From Gemmatimonadota bacterium (GTDB taxonomy: Bacteria; Gemmatimonadota; Gemmatimonadetes; Palauibacterales; Palauibacteraceae), in NCBI GenBank assembly GCA_022825725.1, contig JAJDWE010000020.1, positions 6,578-70,577 on the forward strand: a DNA stretch of 64,000 nt. Direction: 5' to 3'. Shown here piece after piece: positions 18,464-26,612 of this stretch. The position numbers and the translations under genes are program-made. Within the stretch, counting starts at the first letter, position 1, and each line of letters begins with the position of its first letter. The notes beneath the pieces are model-generated. The model did no database searches, had not been told where the DNA came from, and saw only the letters and a program-made list of their open reading frames with translations.

Positions 18464-19956
18464 GCCGTCCCTCCGGGCAGCCCGGATGCGTCCGGAAGCG
18501 TGGGAAGGAGGTCCTCGACGATCCGGCGCTCGTCGAAGGGCAGTCGCTCTCCGCCGATGACCTGGTACGTCTCGTGCCCCTTGCCGAGGAGCGCGACGGC
18601 GTCGGCGGGGCCGGCCTCGGCGAGTCCCCGCGCAATCGCCTCTCGGCGGTCGACGACGATCTCGTAGCTGTCGGGCGGCAGGCCGACGACCATCTGGCGG
18701 CAGATCTCCGACGGATCCTCCGACCGGGGATTGTCGCTCGTGACGATCGCGACATCGGCCAGGCGCGCGAGGATGCTTCCCATCTGCGGCCGCTTGCCCG
18801 GGTCCCGGTCGCCGCCGCAGCCGAGGAGGGCGATGACCCGGCCCGGCACGATCTCCCGCAACGAGGAGAGCGCCCGCTCGCACGAATCCGGGTTGTGCGC
18901 GAAATCGCGGACCACGAGAACCGGCTCGCGTGAGAGCACTTCCATGCGCCCGGGCACGGAAGGCGCCTCGGAGAGTCGCGCGGCGACCCGTTCGAGCGGC
19001 ATGCCGAGGCCCCACGCGATCGCTGCGGCCGCGAGGGCGTTGCGCACGTTGAAATCGGCCGGAAGCGGCAGCGACACGGCGGCGGCCTCGCCCGGCGCCC
19101 GCAAGGTGAAGCGCGCGCCGCCCGCGTAGAGGACGAGTTGATCCGGCCACAGGTCGGCCGTCGACTCGAAGCCGTAGCGGAGCACCGTGGCGTTCGGCGG
19201 CGCGATCTCCTTCCAGGCGGGCTCATCGTCGTTCACCGCGCAGACGCCGCCCGGCGCAAGCAACTCGAGCAGGCGCAGCTTGGCCTCCCGATACGCCTCG
19301 AGATCGGGGTGATACTCGAGGTGTTCGCGACTGAAGCTCGTAAAGCCCACGGCATCGAAGGAGAAACCATCCGCGCGGCGCTGGTCGAGCGCATGCGACG
19401 AAACCTCGAGCACCGCCGCCTCCGCGCCACTCGCCCGCAACGCGGAGAGTTCGAGGGCCAGGTCGATCGGATCGGGCGTCGTCAGCCCCGGGGCGCCGAT
19501 TTCACCGTCGATGGATACGGTGCCCAGGGTGCCCAGCGCCGCGGCGGGTCCCATGTCGTCCAGGATCCAGCGCGTGAGCCACGCGGTGGTCGACTTGCCG
19601 TTGGTTCCCGTGATGCCGACGAGGCGGAGCGCTTCGCCTGGGTCGCCGGCGAAGAGTGCGGCGAGGTGGGATACGGCCGCCCGGGCGTCGCGGACAGCCA
19701 GTTGCGGGAGGTCGACGTCGGCGACGCGCTCTACGACGGCGGCGCCGGCTCCGGCACGCCCGGCGGCTTCCACGAAAGCGTGGCCATCGACGCGCGTTCC
19801 CGGAATCGCGCAGAAGAGGTCGCCGGCGCCGACCAGGCGGGAGTCCGAGCGCAACGCCGGGAACTCCGCGGGAGGAACCCCTCTCCACCGTGGTTCGAGG
19901 CCCGCTTCGTCAAGCCTGCGCTCAACGTGTCGGTTCGTTGTGGTCTGTTGCGGCAA
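18460..19956 (-). CDS. murE: UDP-N-acetylmuramoyl-L-alanyl-D-glutamate--2,6-diaminopimelate ligase MurE
   Basis: 498 aa. VGITGTNGKSTTAWL, the DAP-recognition DNPR motif (SDNPRSE) and GKGHE. Canonical position after ftsI. Confidence 0.9.
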   Translation of the reverse strand: MPQQTTTNRHVERRLDEAGLEPRWRGVPPAEFPALRSDSRLVGAGDLFCAIPGTRVDGHAFVEAAGRAGAGAAVVERVADVDLPQLAVRDARAAVSHLAALFAGDPGEALRLVGITGTNGKSTTAWLTRWILDDMGPAAALGTLGTVSIDGEIGAPGLTTPDPIDLALELSALRASGAEAAVLEVSSHALDQRRADGFSFDAVGFTSFSREHLEYHPDLEAYREAKLRLLELLAPGGVCAVNDDEPAWKEIAPPNATVLRYGFESTADLWPDQLVLYAGGARFTLRAPGEAAAVSLPLPADFNVRNALAAAAIAWGLGMPLERVAARLSEAPSVPGRMEVLSREPVLVVRDFAHNPDSCERALSSLREIVPGRVIALLGCGGDRDPGKRPQMGSILARLADVAIVTSDNPRSEDPSEICRQMVVGLPPDSYEIVVDRREAIARGLAEAGPADAVALLGKGHETYQVIGGERLPFDERRIVEDLLPTLPDASGLPGGTA

Positions 19957-20023
19957 AGTCCAGTGGTTAACCTCCCTCCAACCTTGTATTCCCGAGACCC
20001 TTCTTCGTTCGCTCCTCGCCAGG

Positions 20024-22048
20024 CTACCTCAGCACGACGGTCTCACCCCGGAGCAGCTCGCTCCCGGGCGCGGGGCTCTGTCCCGCGACGCTCCCCTGTC
20101 CGCGCCATTCCACGCGGAGGCCGAGCGCGTGCAGGCGCGCGGCCGCCGCCCGTGCGGACAATCCGGCGAGGTCCGGCAGGGCGACGACGCCTCTCCCGCT
20201 CATGTCGGCGACGTCGTCCGTGCCGGGCGCGTCCGCGCCGCTGGAGGCGAAGATGACGGCGCCTTCCGGCGTGCCGGCCGCACCTCCGCCCGACCACGGC
20301 CGGGGACGGGCGTCGGAAACGACGAGACGCGGATCCACCTGCACGCCGTCGGCCGCGAGCGCCGCCTTGAGGGTCGCCTGGCTGGTGGGCGCCGCGATCG
20401 CGCCCCCGTAGTAGACCCCGCCCTTCGGGTCCTCGAGTCGCGTGAGGATGACGATTCGCGGGTCGTCCGCCGGCGCGAAGCCGACGAAGGAGGCGCGGTA
20501 GCGGCCCGGTGCGTAGCGGCCGTCCACGGCGAGACGGGCCGTTCCGGTCTTTCCGGCGACCGCGAACCGCGCCATGCCCGCGAGCGTTCCGGTGCCGTCC
20601 CGGACGACCTCCTCCAGCACCCCGCGAACCGCTTCCGCCACCTCTTCGGATATGACGCGCCGCACGGGGATCGGGTCGAAGCGCCGCACCAGGCGCCCGG
20701 ACGGGTCCCGTATCTCTCTGACGAGGCTCGGCCGCATCAGCACGCCGCCGTTCGCGATGGCGCCGTAGGCCAGGGCGAGTTGCAGCGACGTGGCGGAGAT
20801 CTCGTACCCGATCGCGTGCGAAGCAGGGCTGAGCGAGGTCCACGACTCGGGTCGGCTGAGGCGTCCCGGCGACTCCGAGAGGTGCCCCAACTGCGTCCGC
20901 ATGCCGAAACCGAAGTCGCGCAGGTAGCGATGCTGGACTGCGGGCGTCAGGCGCGTGGAGAGCTTCGCGGCCCCCACGTTGCTCGATTTGGAGATGACCC
21001 GTCGCACGCTGAGCGTGTCGTAGCCGTGGACGTCCGAGATCACCCTCGAGCCGATCCGCAGCCTCCCGTCCTCCACATCCACGATCTCGTCCAGATCGGC
21101 GACGCCCTCGCTGAGGAGGGACGCGAGAAGGAACGGCTTCAGCGTGGAGCCGGGTTCGTAGGGATCGCTGAGACCCGAGATCTGGTCGACCGCTCCGTCG
21201 GTGCGTTCGCTCGCCAGCGCGAGGATTTCGCCGGTACGCGGATCGAGGAGGACGATGTCGCCCCCGTTCGCCCCCGTCTTCGCGAGCGCGCGCGCAAGTT
21301 CGTTCTCGGCGATCCGCTGGAGCTCGGCGTCGAGCGTGAGCACGACATCGTGACCGGGCACCGCATCGATGACCTGTCCGCCGGGGGGACGGTACGCGTT
21401 GCGATGGCCATCGAGTCGAACCTCGGCGCGGCCGGGCTCGCCGACCAGCCAGAAGTCGAGATCGGCCTCGAGGCCCGTTCCGCCCTTGCCATCGGAGCCC
21501 ACGGCGCCGATGAGACGGCGGCCCATGCTGCGGGGGTATTCTCTCGCGGACCGGCTCTCGAAGTAGATCCCCTGCCCGATCGTCCGCTGCAGCCGCACGC
21601 GCTCTTCGTCGCTCACGTCGCTCGCGACGAGAGACCAGCCGCCCGAGGCTTCCGCGATGGCGCTCCGGCGCTCCGGCGCCACGGGCACGACCGCGGCCAC
21701 CGTCTCGATCGCCTCCGCCCGGTCGACGCGCAGTTCGTTGACGGCGAGGAAAGCCTGGTAGCGTGTGTCCGGCGCCGCGAGGACGCGGCCGTGCCGATCC
21801 AGAATCCGCCCTCGCACCGCGGGCAACGACTCCCACTCCGCGCTCTGCGCGACCTGCCTCGCGCGATGCGCCTCGCTCTCGAGGATCTGGAGGTCGGCGA
21901 GACGCACGGCATAGATCAGCGCGACGAGGGTGAACGCGACGCCCAGCGCACGATGCCGGATGCGCTGCGTCCGTGCGATCGCCGCCTCCTGCGCATCGCC
22001 CGCAAAGCCCTCGAGCTGCGTCGTGCTGTGAATGCCGAAACGCGTCAC
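20024..22048 (-). CDS. ftsI: Penicillin-binding protein, transpeptidase (FtsI/PBP3-like)
   Basis: 674 aa. N-terminal TM, PBP dimerisation domain, and transpeptidase motifs STLKP (SxxK), SSN (KSSNVGAAK) and KTGT (AGKTGTA). Confidence 0.88.
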   Translation of the reverse strand: MTRFGIHSTTQLEGFAGDAQEAAIARTQRIRHRALGVAFTLVALIYAVRLADLQILESEAHRARQVAQSAEWESLPAVRGRILDRHGRVLAAPDTRYQAFLAVNELRVDRAEAIETVAAVVPVAPERRSAIAEASGGWSLVASDVSDEERVRLQRTIGQGIYFESRSAREYPRSMGRRLIGAVGSDGKGGTGLEADLDFWLVGEPGRAEVRLDGHRNAYRPPGGQVIDAVPGHDVVLTLDAELQRIAENELARALAKTGANGGDIVLLDPRTGEILALASERTDGAVDQISGLSDPYEPGSTLKPFLLASLLSEGVADLDEIVDVEDGRLRIGSRVISDVHGYDTLSVRRVISKSSNVGAAKLSTRLTPAVQHRYLRDFGFGMRTQLGHLSESPGRLSRPESWTSLSPASHAIGYEISATSLQLALAYGAIANGGVLMRPSLVREIRDPSGRLVRRFDPIPVRRVISEEVAEAVRGVLEEVVRDGTGTLAGMARFAVAGKTGTARLAVDGRYAPGRYRASFVGFAPADDPRIVILTRLEDPKGGVYYGGAIAAPTSQATLKAALAADGVQVDPRLVVSDARPRPWSGGGAAGTPEGAVIFASSGADAPGTDDVADMSGRGVVALPDLAGLSARAAAARLHALGLRVEWRGQGSVAGQSPAPGSELLRGETVVLR

Positions 22049-22407
22049 CTGTCCGCTCCCCTGCCGGAGACGTCCACCTCTTCTTCAGCCGGCGAGGTTC
22101 CGGCGTCGACCTGCAGCAGTTGCTCTTCCGCTGCCCGCCGCAGCCCGAGCGCCTCCGCCTCGCGTTCTATCCGCGCCGGCGCCGCGAGTGAATCGACTCT
22201 CGTCCGCGCCGCGTCGATCCGGTCCGTGACGATCCGATCCTCCGCCTCGAGTCCTCGAAGTTCGGCCGTCAACCTCCGCCCTTCCTCGCCCCGGCGGACC
22301 ACGCTCACCAGCGAGACTGCCAGCGCGATGACGGCCATCGCGGCCGTCAGCCACCGGATCAGGGTTCTGCGACGGATCCTCCGTACGCTCCCGCTCCAGT
22401 GGTTCAT
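22045..22407 (-). CDS. ftsL: Cell division protein FtsL-like (small bitopic coiled-coil protein)
   Basis: 120 aa from ATG 22407 (ATGA overlap with the rsmH stop). One TM (LTAAMAVIALAVSLVSVV) followed by a predicted coiled coil. Canonical rsmH-ftsL-ftsI position. No sequence-specific signature, so the assignment is largely positional. Confidence 0.6.
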   Translation of the reverse strand: MNHWSGSVRRIRRRTLIRWLTAAMAVIALAVSLVSVVRRGEEGRRLTAELRGLEAEDRIVTDRIDAARTRVDSLAAPARIEREAEALGLRRAAEEQLLQVDAGTSPAEEEVDVSGRGADR

Positions 22408-23393
22408 GCGCCGCCCGCCTGCTCGTCCGTCCCGCGCTTCTCCCACACCCGTAGTCGCGCACTGCGCGCCCGCGGATTCCCGGCCACCTCCTCGGCCGAG
22501 GGGCGCAGAGGCCGGCGCGTCAGCGTCCGCCCCAGCGACCTCCCGCGACACCGGCACTCCGGGAGACCCGGAGGACAGCGGCAGTCGGCGGACCAGTTGC
22601 GAAACGCGTCCTTCACCAACCGGTCCTCAAGCGAGTGGTACGAGAGCACCGTCAACCGCCCACCCGGAGCGAGCCGGCCCCGTATCCCTTCGAGCCCCTC
22701 GCCCAACGCGGCCAACTCGTCGTTGACCGCGATCCGCAAAGCCTGGAACAGCCTGGCCTTCTGCTTCTCCTGCGCCGAACGACCCAGGACCGCCGACAGC
22801 GCGGCCACGAGGTCGTCGCTCGTGCTGAAGGGCCGGATCTTCCTCCGCCGCACCACCTCACGTGAGAGCGTCCGCCACCTACGCTCTTCCCCATCACGGA
22901 AGACCCGGCCCAACTCGCGTTCGTCCGCCCGATTCAACAGCTCGGCCGCGGACCTTGTCTCGCGCGCCCTCTCGTCCATCCGCATACGCAGCGGCGTGCC
23001 CGGACGGAACGAAAAACCGCGCTCCTGCTTGTCGATCTGGTGCGACGAGACGCCCAGGTCCATCAGGGCTCCCGCCAGACCGTCCATCTCGGCGGCGAAC
23101 CCGGGACGAGCCACGTCCCTGAAGTTCGCCCGTATCAGCTTCACCCGTTCGCCCGCCGAGGCGAGTCTCCGCCTCGCGGCCTCGATCGCCTCCGCATCCT
23201 GATCGATCCCGATCACGCGCACGGCCGACCCGGCCTCCAGCAGCCGGATCGCATGCCCCGCACCGCCGACCGTCGCATCCAGGAAAACGCCTCCGCACTC
23301 CGGGCGAAGCCACCGCAGCACCTCATCCGGCATGACCGGCGTGTGCTGAAACGTCTCCTCTGTCACTCCGTCGGCTTCCTCGACTCCCCCCAC
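22404..23393 (-). CDS. rsmH: 16S rRNA (cytosine1402-N4)-methyltransferase RsmH (MraW)
   Basis: HTPVM N-terminal motif, SAM-binding DATVGGAGH and the conserved MraW C-terminal region. Second gene of the dcw cluster. Confidence 0.9.
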   Translation of the reverse strand: MGGVEEADGVTEETFQHTPVMPDEVLRWLRPECGGVFLDATVGGAGHAIRLLEAGSAVRVIGIDQDAEAIEAARRRLASAGERVKLIRANFRDVARPGFAAEMDGLAGALMDLGVSSHQIDKQERGFSFRPGTPLRMRMDERARETRSAAELLNRADERELGRVFRDGEERRWRTLSREVVRRRKIRPFSTSDDLVAALSAVLGRSAQEKQKARLFQALRIAVNDELAALGEGLEGIRGRLAPGGRLTVLSYHSLEDRLVKDAFRNWSADCRCPPGLPECRCRGRSLGRTLTRRPLRPSAEEVAGNPRARSARLRVWEKRGTDEQAGGA

Positions 23394-23415
23394 CGTGCCG
23401 CGATCGGAAAACCCG

Positions 23416-23847
23416 TCAGGCGAACACCGTCTCTATCAATCGGTCGAAGTCCTCGTCCGTCGCACTCGTCACCCGCTCGAACGTCTCCGGATGCCAGATC
23501 TGGACGTGGCTGATCGCGCCGACGACCAGAGCCTCACTTCCGAGCGCGACCGCCTTTCTCATCCTCTCCGGTATCAGGATCCTGCCCTGCGCATCCGGCG
23601 TGACCTGAAGGGCGTCCGCCGTGATGCGAAGCAACTGGGGGCGGAAATGCGGTTGCCGTCTCGACATCTCCCGGAGTTCGTACTGCACGCCTTCCCAAGC
23701 CTCTTCCGGATAGAGCGACAGCGCGTCGGGTTGCGTCTTGAGGAGGACGAACGGCTCCCGTTCCCGGCCCCTTCGAAAAGGCGCCGGTAGGCTGACCCGA
23801 CCCTGCGAGTCGAGTTGATGTCGATAACTCCCCAGAAAGCCTGGCAA
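23416..23847 (-). CDS. mraZ: Transcriptional regulator MraZ
   Basis: Two SpoVT/AbrB-like halves each with a DxxGR motif (LDSQGRVSLP, DAQGRILIP). The N-terminus MPGFLGSY matches the MraZ consensus when started at TTG 23845-23847, which has CGAAGG 6 nt upstream. The track's GTG at 23901 would add 18 non-conserved residues. Confidence 0.85.
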   Translation of the reverse strand: MPGFLGSYRHQLDSQGRVSLPAPFRRGREREPFVLLKTQPDALSLYPEEAWEGVQYELREMSRRQPHFRPQLLRITADALQVTPDAQGRILIPERMRKAVALGSEALVVGAISHVQIWHPETFERVTSATDEDFDRLIETVFA

Positions 23848-23890
23848 ATCGTGCCTTCGACATTCTTCGAGGGTGTCCCTCCCAGAACGA

Positions 23891-23915
23891 CCCGTTTCCA
23901 CCCACCGGATCCCAC
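23891..23915 (-). promoter_or_regulatory. Candidate MraZ operator: three direct pentamer repeats at 10-bp phasing (GTGGG-N5-GTGGG-N5-ACGGG)
   Basis: Minus-strand GTGGGATCCGGTGGGTGGAAACGGG overlaps the -10 and predicted TSS of Pmra. It mirrors the E. coli MraZ binding-site architecture (TGGGN direct repeats with 5-nt spacers). Confidence 0.45.
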
Positions 23916-23942
23916 CTTACGCACCCTGGTGATGGGTGTCAA
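23914..23942 (-). promoter_or_regulatory. Putative sigma-70 promoter of the dcw operon (Pmra): TTGACA-N17-TAAGGT
   Basis: Minus-strand reading: TTGACA (complement 23937-23942), a 17-nt spacer, then TAAGGT (complement 23914-23919). It lies about 70-95 nt upstream of the mraZ start and is the only perfect -35 hexamer in the leader. Confidence 0.5.
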
Positions 23943-23977
23943 CCCCTTTTCTCCCCATCTTGCCCCATCCTGAGGAC

Positions 23978-24013
23978 AAAAAAAGACCCCGGCCCGCACC
24001 GACGCGGGCCGGG
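23978..24013 (-). terminator. Rho-independent terminator downstream of the TPR-protein gene and upstream of Pmra
   Basis: Minus-strand RNA reads CCCGGCCCGC-GUCGGU-GCGGGCCGGG followed by GUCUUUUUUU: a 10-bp GC stem, 6-nt loop and a U7 tract. It starts 12 nt after the stop at 24025. Confidence 0.6.
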
Positions 24014-24024
24014 ATCCTCGGGGT

Positions 24025-25815
24025 TCAGCGGCTGCAGGACGCCTCGATAATCGACTCCTGGCGGTACAGCTGGACATCGATCGCCTCGCGGATCTGCTGC
24101 TGGCTGGCGGCCTGATGGCTCCCTGCCTGCGCCAGGTGCGTGCTCACCCGCTGGAACGCGTTCAGGGCGCTGCGCGCGGGCGCGCAGGCTTCATCGTTTT
24201 CGTTGCGGCCGTCGTAGGCGCTTCCCTGCAGGTAGTACCCGAACGCGATGAAGAAGTGCATCTGTTCCGATGCAGCCGGATCCACGACGAACTCCGCGGC
24301 AACCGTGAACAGTTCGAGCGCCGTGGCGACCTCGCGCACATCGATCGTGGCCGGGTTGGACAGCGCCCTGGACTGGGCCTCGAAGTGATTCGTGTACGCA
24401 AGACTGAAGATCGCGTTCGCGATCTGGTTCGGGTCCGCTCCGTCTTCGACCGCGGCACGAAAATCGACGATCGCGCCTTCGACGTCGCCGGTCTTTAACT
24501 TGAGCACTGCAAGTTGCTGCCGTCCGTTCGGCACGTCCGGGTTGTACGCAAGCGCTTGCTCCAGCTCCGCCACGCCCATCGCCGGATTCTCCATCCGGTC
24601 ATAAATCGTGGCGCGTGAAGAATGGACCTGGGCGAGCAACTCCTCGCGGGACATCTCGCCCTCGCCGTTGCCGTCCGAGCTGGAGATCGACTCGAGCGCC
24701 CGGTCCGAGAACGCGAGCGCGTCGGCGTACTCCTCGATGAGCATGTACGCATTCGTCGCGTTGGAGAGCGTCGAGGGGGTCACGGCGTCCCCCTGCAGCG
24801 CGACCAGCTTGTCGGATGTCTCGACCGCCACGCGAAGCATCGCGGCATCGGTGACCTCGCCCGCCGTCTGTCCGGCCTCAAGCGACGCGGCAGTCAGGTA
24901 CTCGAGGAGGGCCACGTTGTCCGGCGCGCGCTCCACGCCATCCTGGAGGAGTTGCACCGTCTCGGCCCAGCGCTCGGCCTGTGTGAGCTCGTAGGCGATC
25001 CGCAGCCGCGTGTCGACATCGTCCGGCCGGAAGTCGAGGAATTGCTGGTAGTAGCGAAGCGACGCGGCGCCGTCGCCCAGCTGCGCGTACGTGAACGCGA
25101 GCGATTCGAGCGCGTCGGTGTTCGACGGGCTGTTGTCGACGACGCCCTGCAGGTCGGCGGCCGCATCGCTCCACGCCTCGTTGAGCATGTACGCGCGGCC
25201 GCGCAGATAGTGCGCCCGGTCGCTTTCGGGGTTGAGCGCCAGGGCCGCGTTGCAGTTGGAGATCGCGTCCATGGGCTGTTCCGACGCCAGGTAGTCGCCG
25301 CAGAACGCGAGCGAACGGAGGTATTCGACGCCCTGCCCGAGCTGCCCCACGATCTGGGTGCCCGCCTCCTCGTGGGAGTCGTCGTCCGCCACCGTGAACG
25401 GCTCCATCGGGAGTTCGTCCCCGCTCCGGGGTTCCACGAAGGTGACGTCGACTTCAACGCCTCCGGCGGCCGTGACCGCTGTCCCGGTCATGACGAGGGC
25501 CGCATCCATCTGCCCCCCGAGCTGCCGCCAGTCGATCGGGGTCATCGTTCTCTCGTCGAGATCGAAATCGTCGATCCGATCGCGGGCATCATCGCGTTCG
25601 ATCGCGATGTAGCCGGGGAAGATCCTGAGCGCATCCCGGACTTCCTCGGCGATGCGCTCCCCGAAGCGGCGGTCGACCGGCTCGGTCGCCGTGACCGGCG
25701 CGACAAGGATCAGCAGGTCGCTCGTCTGCGCTTCGAGCGCCCGAGGCGCCGCCGGAAGGGAGAGGACGGCGACTCCGGCCGCCACCCACGGGAGAATGTT
25801 CCGCGTGCTTCTCAT
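24025..25815 (-). CDS. Secreted/periplasmic tetratricopeptide-repeat (TPR) protein
   Basis: 596 aa. N-terminal signal peptide (VAAGVAVLSLPAAPRALEAQ). Multiple 34-residue TPR-like units with the W-LG-Y / A-F-A-P pattern (LNPESDRAHYLRGRAYML.., ALESLAFTYAQLGD.., LRIAYELTQAERWAET..). Confidence 0.7.
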   Translation of the reverse strand: MRSTRNILPWVAAGVAVLSLPAAPRALEAQTSDLLILVAPVTATEPVDRRFGERIAEEVRDALRIFPGYIAIERDDARDRIDDFDLDERTMTPIDWRQLGGQMDAALVMTGTAVTAAGGVEVDVTFVEPRSGDELPMEPFTVADDDSHEEAGTQIVGQLGQGVEYLRSLAFCGDYLASEQPMDAISNCNAALALNPESDRAHYLRGRAYMLNEAWSDAAADLQGVVDNSPSNTDALESLAFTYAQLGDGAASLRYYQQFLDFRPDDVDTRLRIAYELTQAERWAETVQLLQDGVERAPDNVALLEYLTAASLEAGQTAGEVTDAAMLRVAVETSDKLVALQGDAVTPSTLSNATNAYMLIEEYADALAFSDRALESISSSDGNGEGEMSREELLAQVHSSRATIYDRMENPAMGVAELEQALAYNPDVPNGRQQLAVLKLKTGDVEGAIVDFRAAVEDGADPNQIANAIFSLAYTNHFEAQSRALSNPATIDVREVATALELFTVAAEFVVDPAASEQMHFFIAFGYYLQGSAYDGRNENDEACAPARSALNAFQRVSTHLAQAGSHQAASQQQIREAIDVQLYRQESIIEASCSR

Positions 25816-25945
25816 CGAGTACCTCGGACGGTTCGTGCAACAGACAGCGCACGGATCACAGGGCCGTGCGACACACCAAAACCGGCATCACTTCGAAACA
25901 AGGGTATCAAGGTCGATTAATGCAAGCTGCCGCCGCGCGCAAGTC

Positions 25946-25961
25946 GTGATCCGCGGATCAC
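25946..25961. promoter_or_regulatory. Perfect 16-bp palindrome GTGATCCGCGGATCAC overlapping the coxG-like stop codon, in the upstream region of the TPR gene
   Basis: Read directly from the sequence: the palindrome is perfect, with a CCGCGG centre. No downstream U tract, so it is not a canonical terminator. Candidate operator for a dimeric regulator. Confidence 0.35.
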
Positions 25962-26425
25962 CGCGCCAGCTTCTCACGCACACAGCCCGTGAAGCGGTTG
26001 AACATAACATTCGACACCGATTGAATCACGCCGCCGCGCCCGAACGACGCAAGCCGTCCGGTCAGCGCGATGGATTGCGACACCCATATCCGGGTTCCTC
26101 CGCCCCCCTCCTCTTCTACAGACTGGAGATGGCTCAACATCGTCATTCTCACGTTGCCGCTTCCCCGTCGATCCCGCCCCTCCCCCGTCATCTTCATGTG
26201 ATGGCGTTGGGCATCGAGCTCGTCGAAGCGGATCTCGCCCAGGAAGCGGGTCCCGATGGGACCGAGCTTGAGCCCGATCTCACCCCGGTACGTGCGCTCG
26301 TCGACGGCTTCGAGCAGCGTCGCGCCCGGCAGGCACTCGACGATGCGCTCGGGATCCGTCAGGAAGCTCCAGACCTCGTCCACGGTCTGCGGAACCTCGA
26401 AACTCTTTTCTATCTCGATCGCCAT
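25958..26425 (-). CDS. SRPBCC-family protein, carbon-monoxide dehydrogenase subunit G (CoxG)-like
   Basis: About 155 aa from ATG 26425 (MAIEIEKSFEVPQTVDEVWSFLTDPERIVECLPG). Typical CoxG N-terminus and length. The track's longer start adds 19 residues. Confidence 0.75.
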   Translation of the reverse strand: MAIEIEKSFEVPQTVDEVWSFLTDPERIVECLPGATLLEAVDERTYRGEIGLKLGPIGTRFLGEIRFDELDAQRHHMKMTGEGRDRRGSGNVRMTMLSHLQSVEEEGGGGTRIWVSQSIALTGRLASFGRGGVIQSVSNVMFNRFTGCVREKLAR

Positions 26426-26572
26426 CGTCGTTCCTCGGGGGTTGCGCGTGTCGCGGAGCGGAGCCGGACGGGGACGGATCACGGTCGGGCGTGGTCTCCG
26501 GAGGAGCGGTTATATTGCCGGGAGCGGCTCTACCGCGGATCGGCTTCCACCGGAAGCTGAGATTGCCGCGTC

Positions 26573-26598
26573 GCACCCGCAACCGGCACCCGCAACCG
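26573..26598 (+). repeat. Perfect 13-bp tandem direct repeat (GCACCCGCAACCG x2) immediately upstream of the moxR ribosome-binding site
   Basis: The two units occupy 26573-26585 and 26586-26598 and are identical. They sit in the 187-bp divergent region between the coxG-like and moxR-like genes, which also holds an AT-rich TTATATTG box (26512-26519) unusual for this GC content. Confidence 0.6.
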
Positions 26599-26612
26599 GG
26601 GAGGTCGTCGCC

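Noticed and set aside
10830-19150. N-terminal extensions of track ORFs for murC (575 aa), murD (740 aa), murF (694 aa), ftsW (596 aa), ftsQ (420 aa), plus cdaA (372 aa), yggS (296 aa), moxR (413 aa) and coxE-like (617 aa)
   Set aside because: The extensions run through the upstream gene in another frame and are low-complexity. Conserved N-terminal motifs plus stop/start overlap patterns place the true starts internally, as listed in the features.
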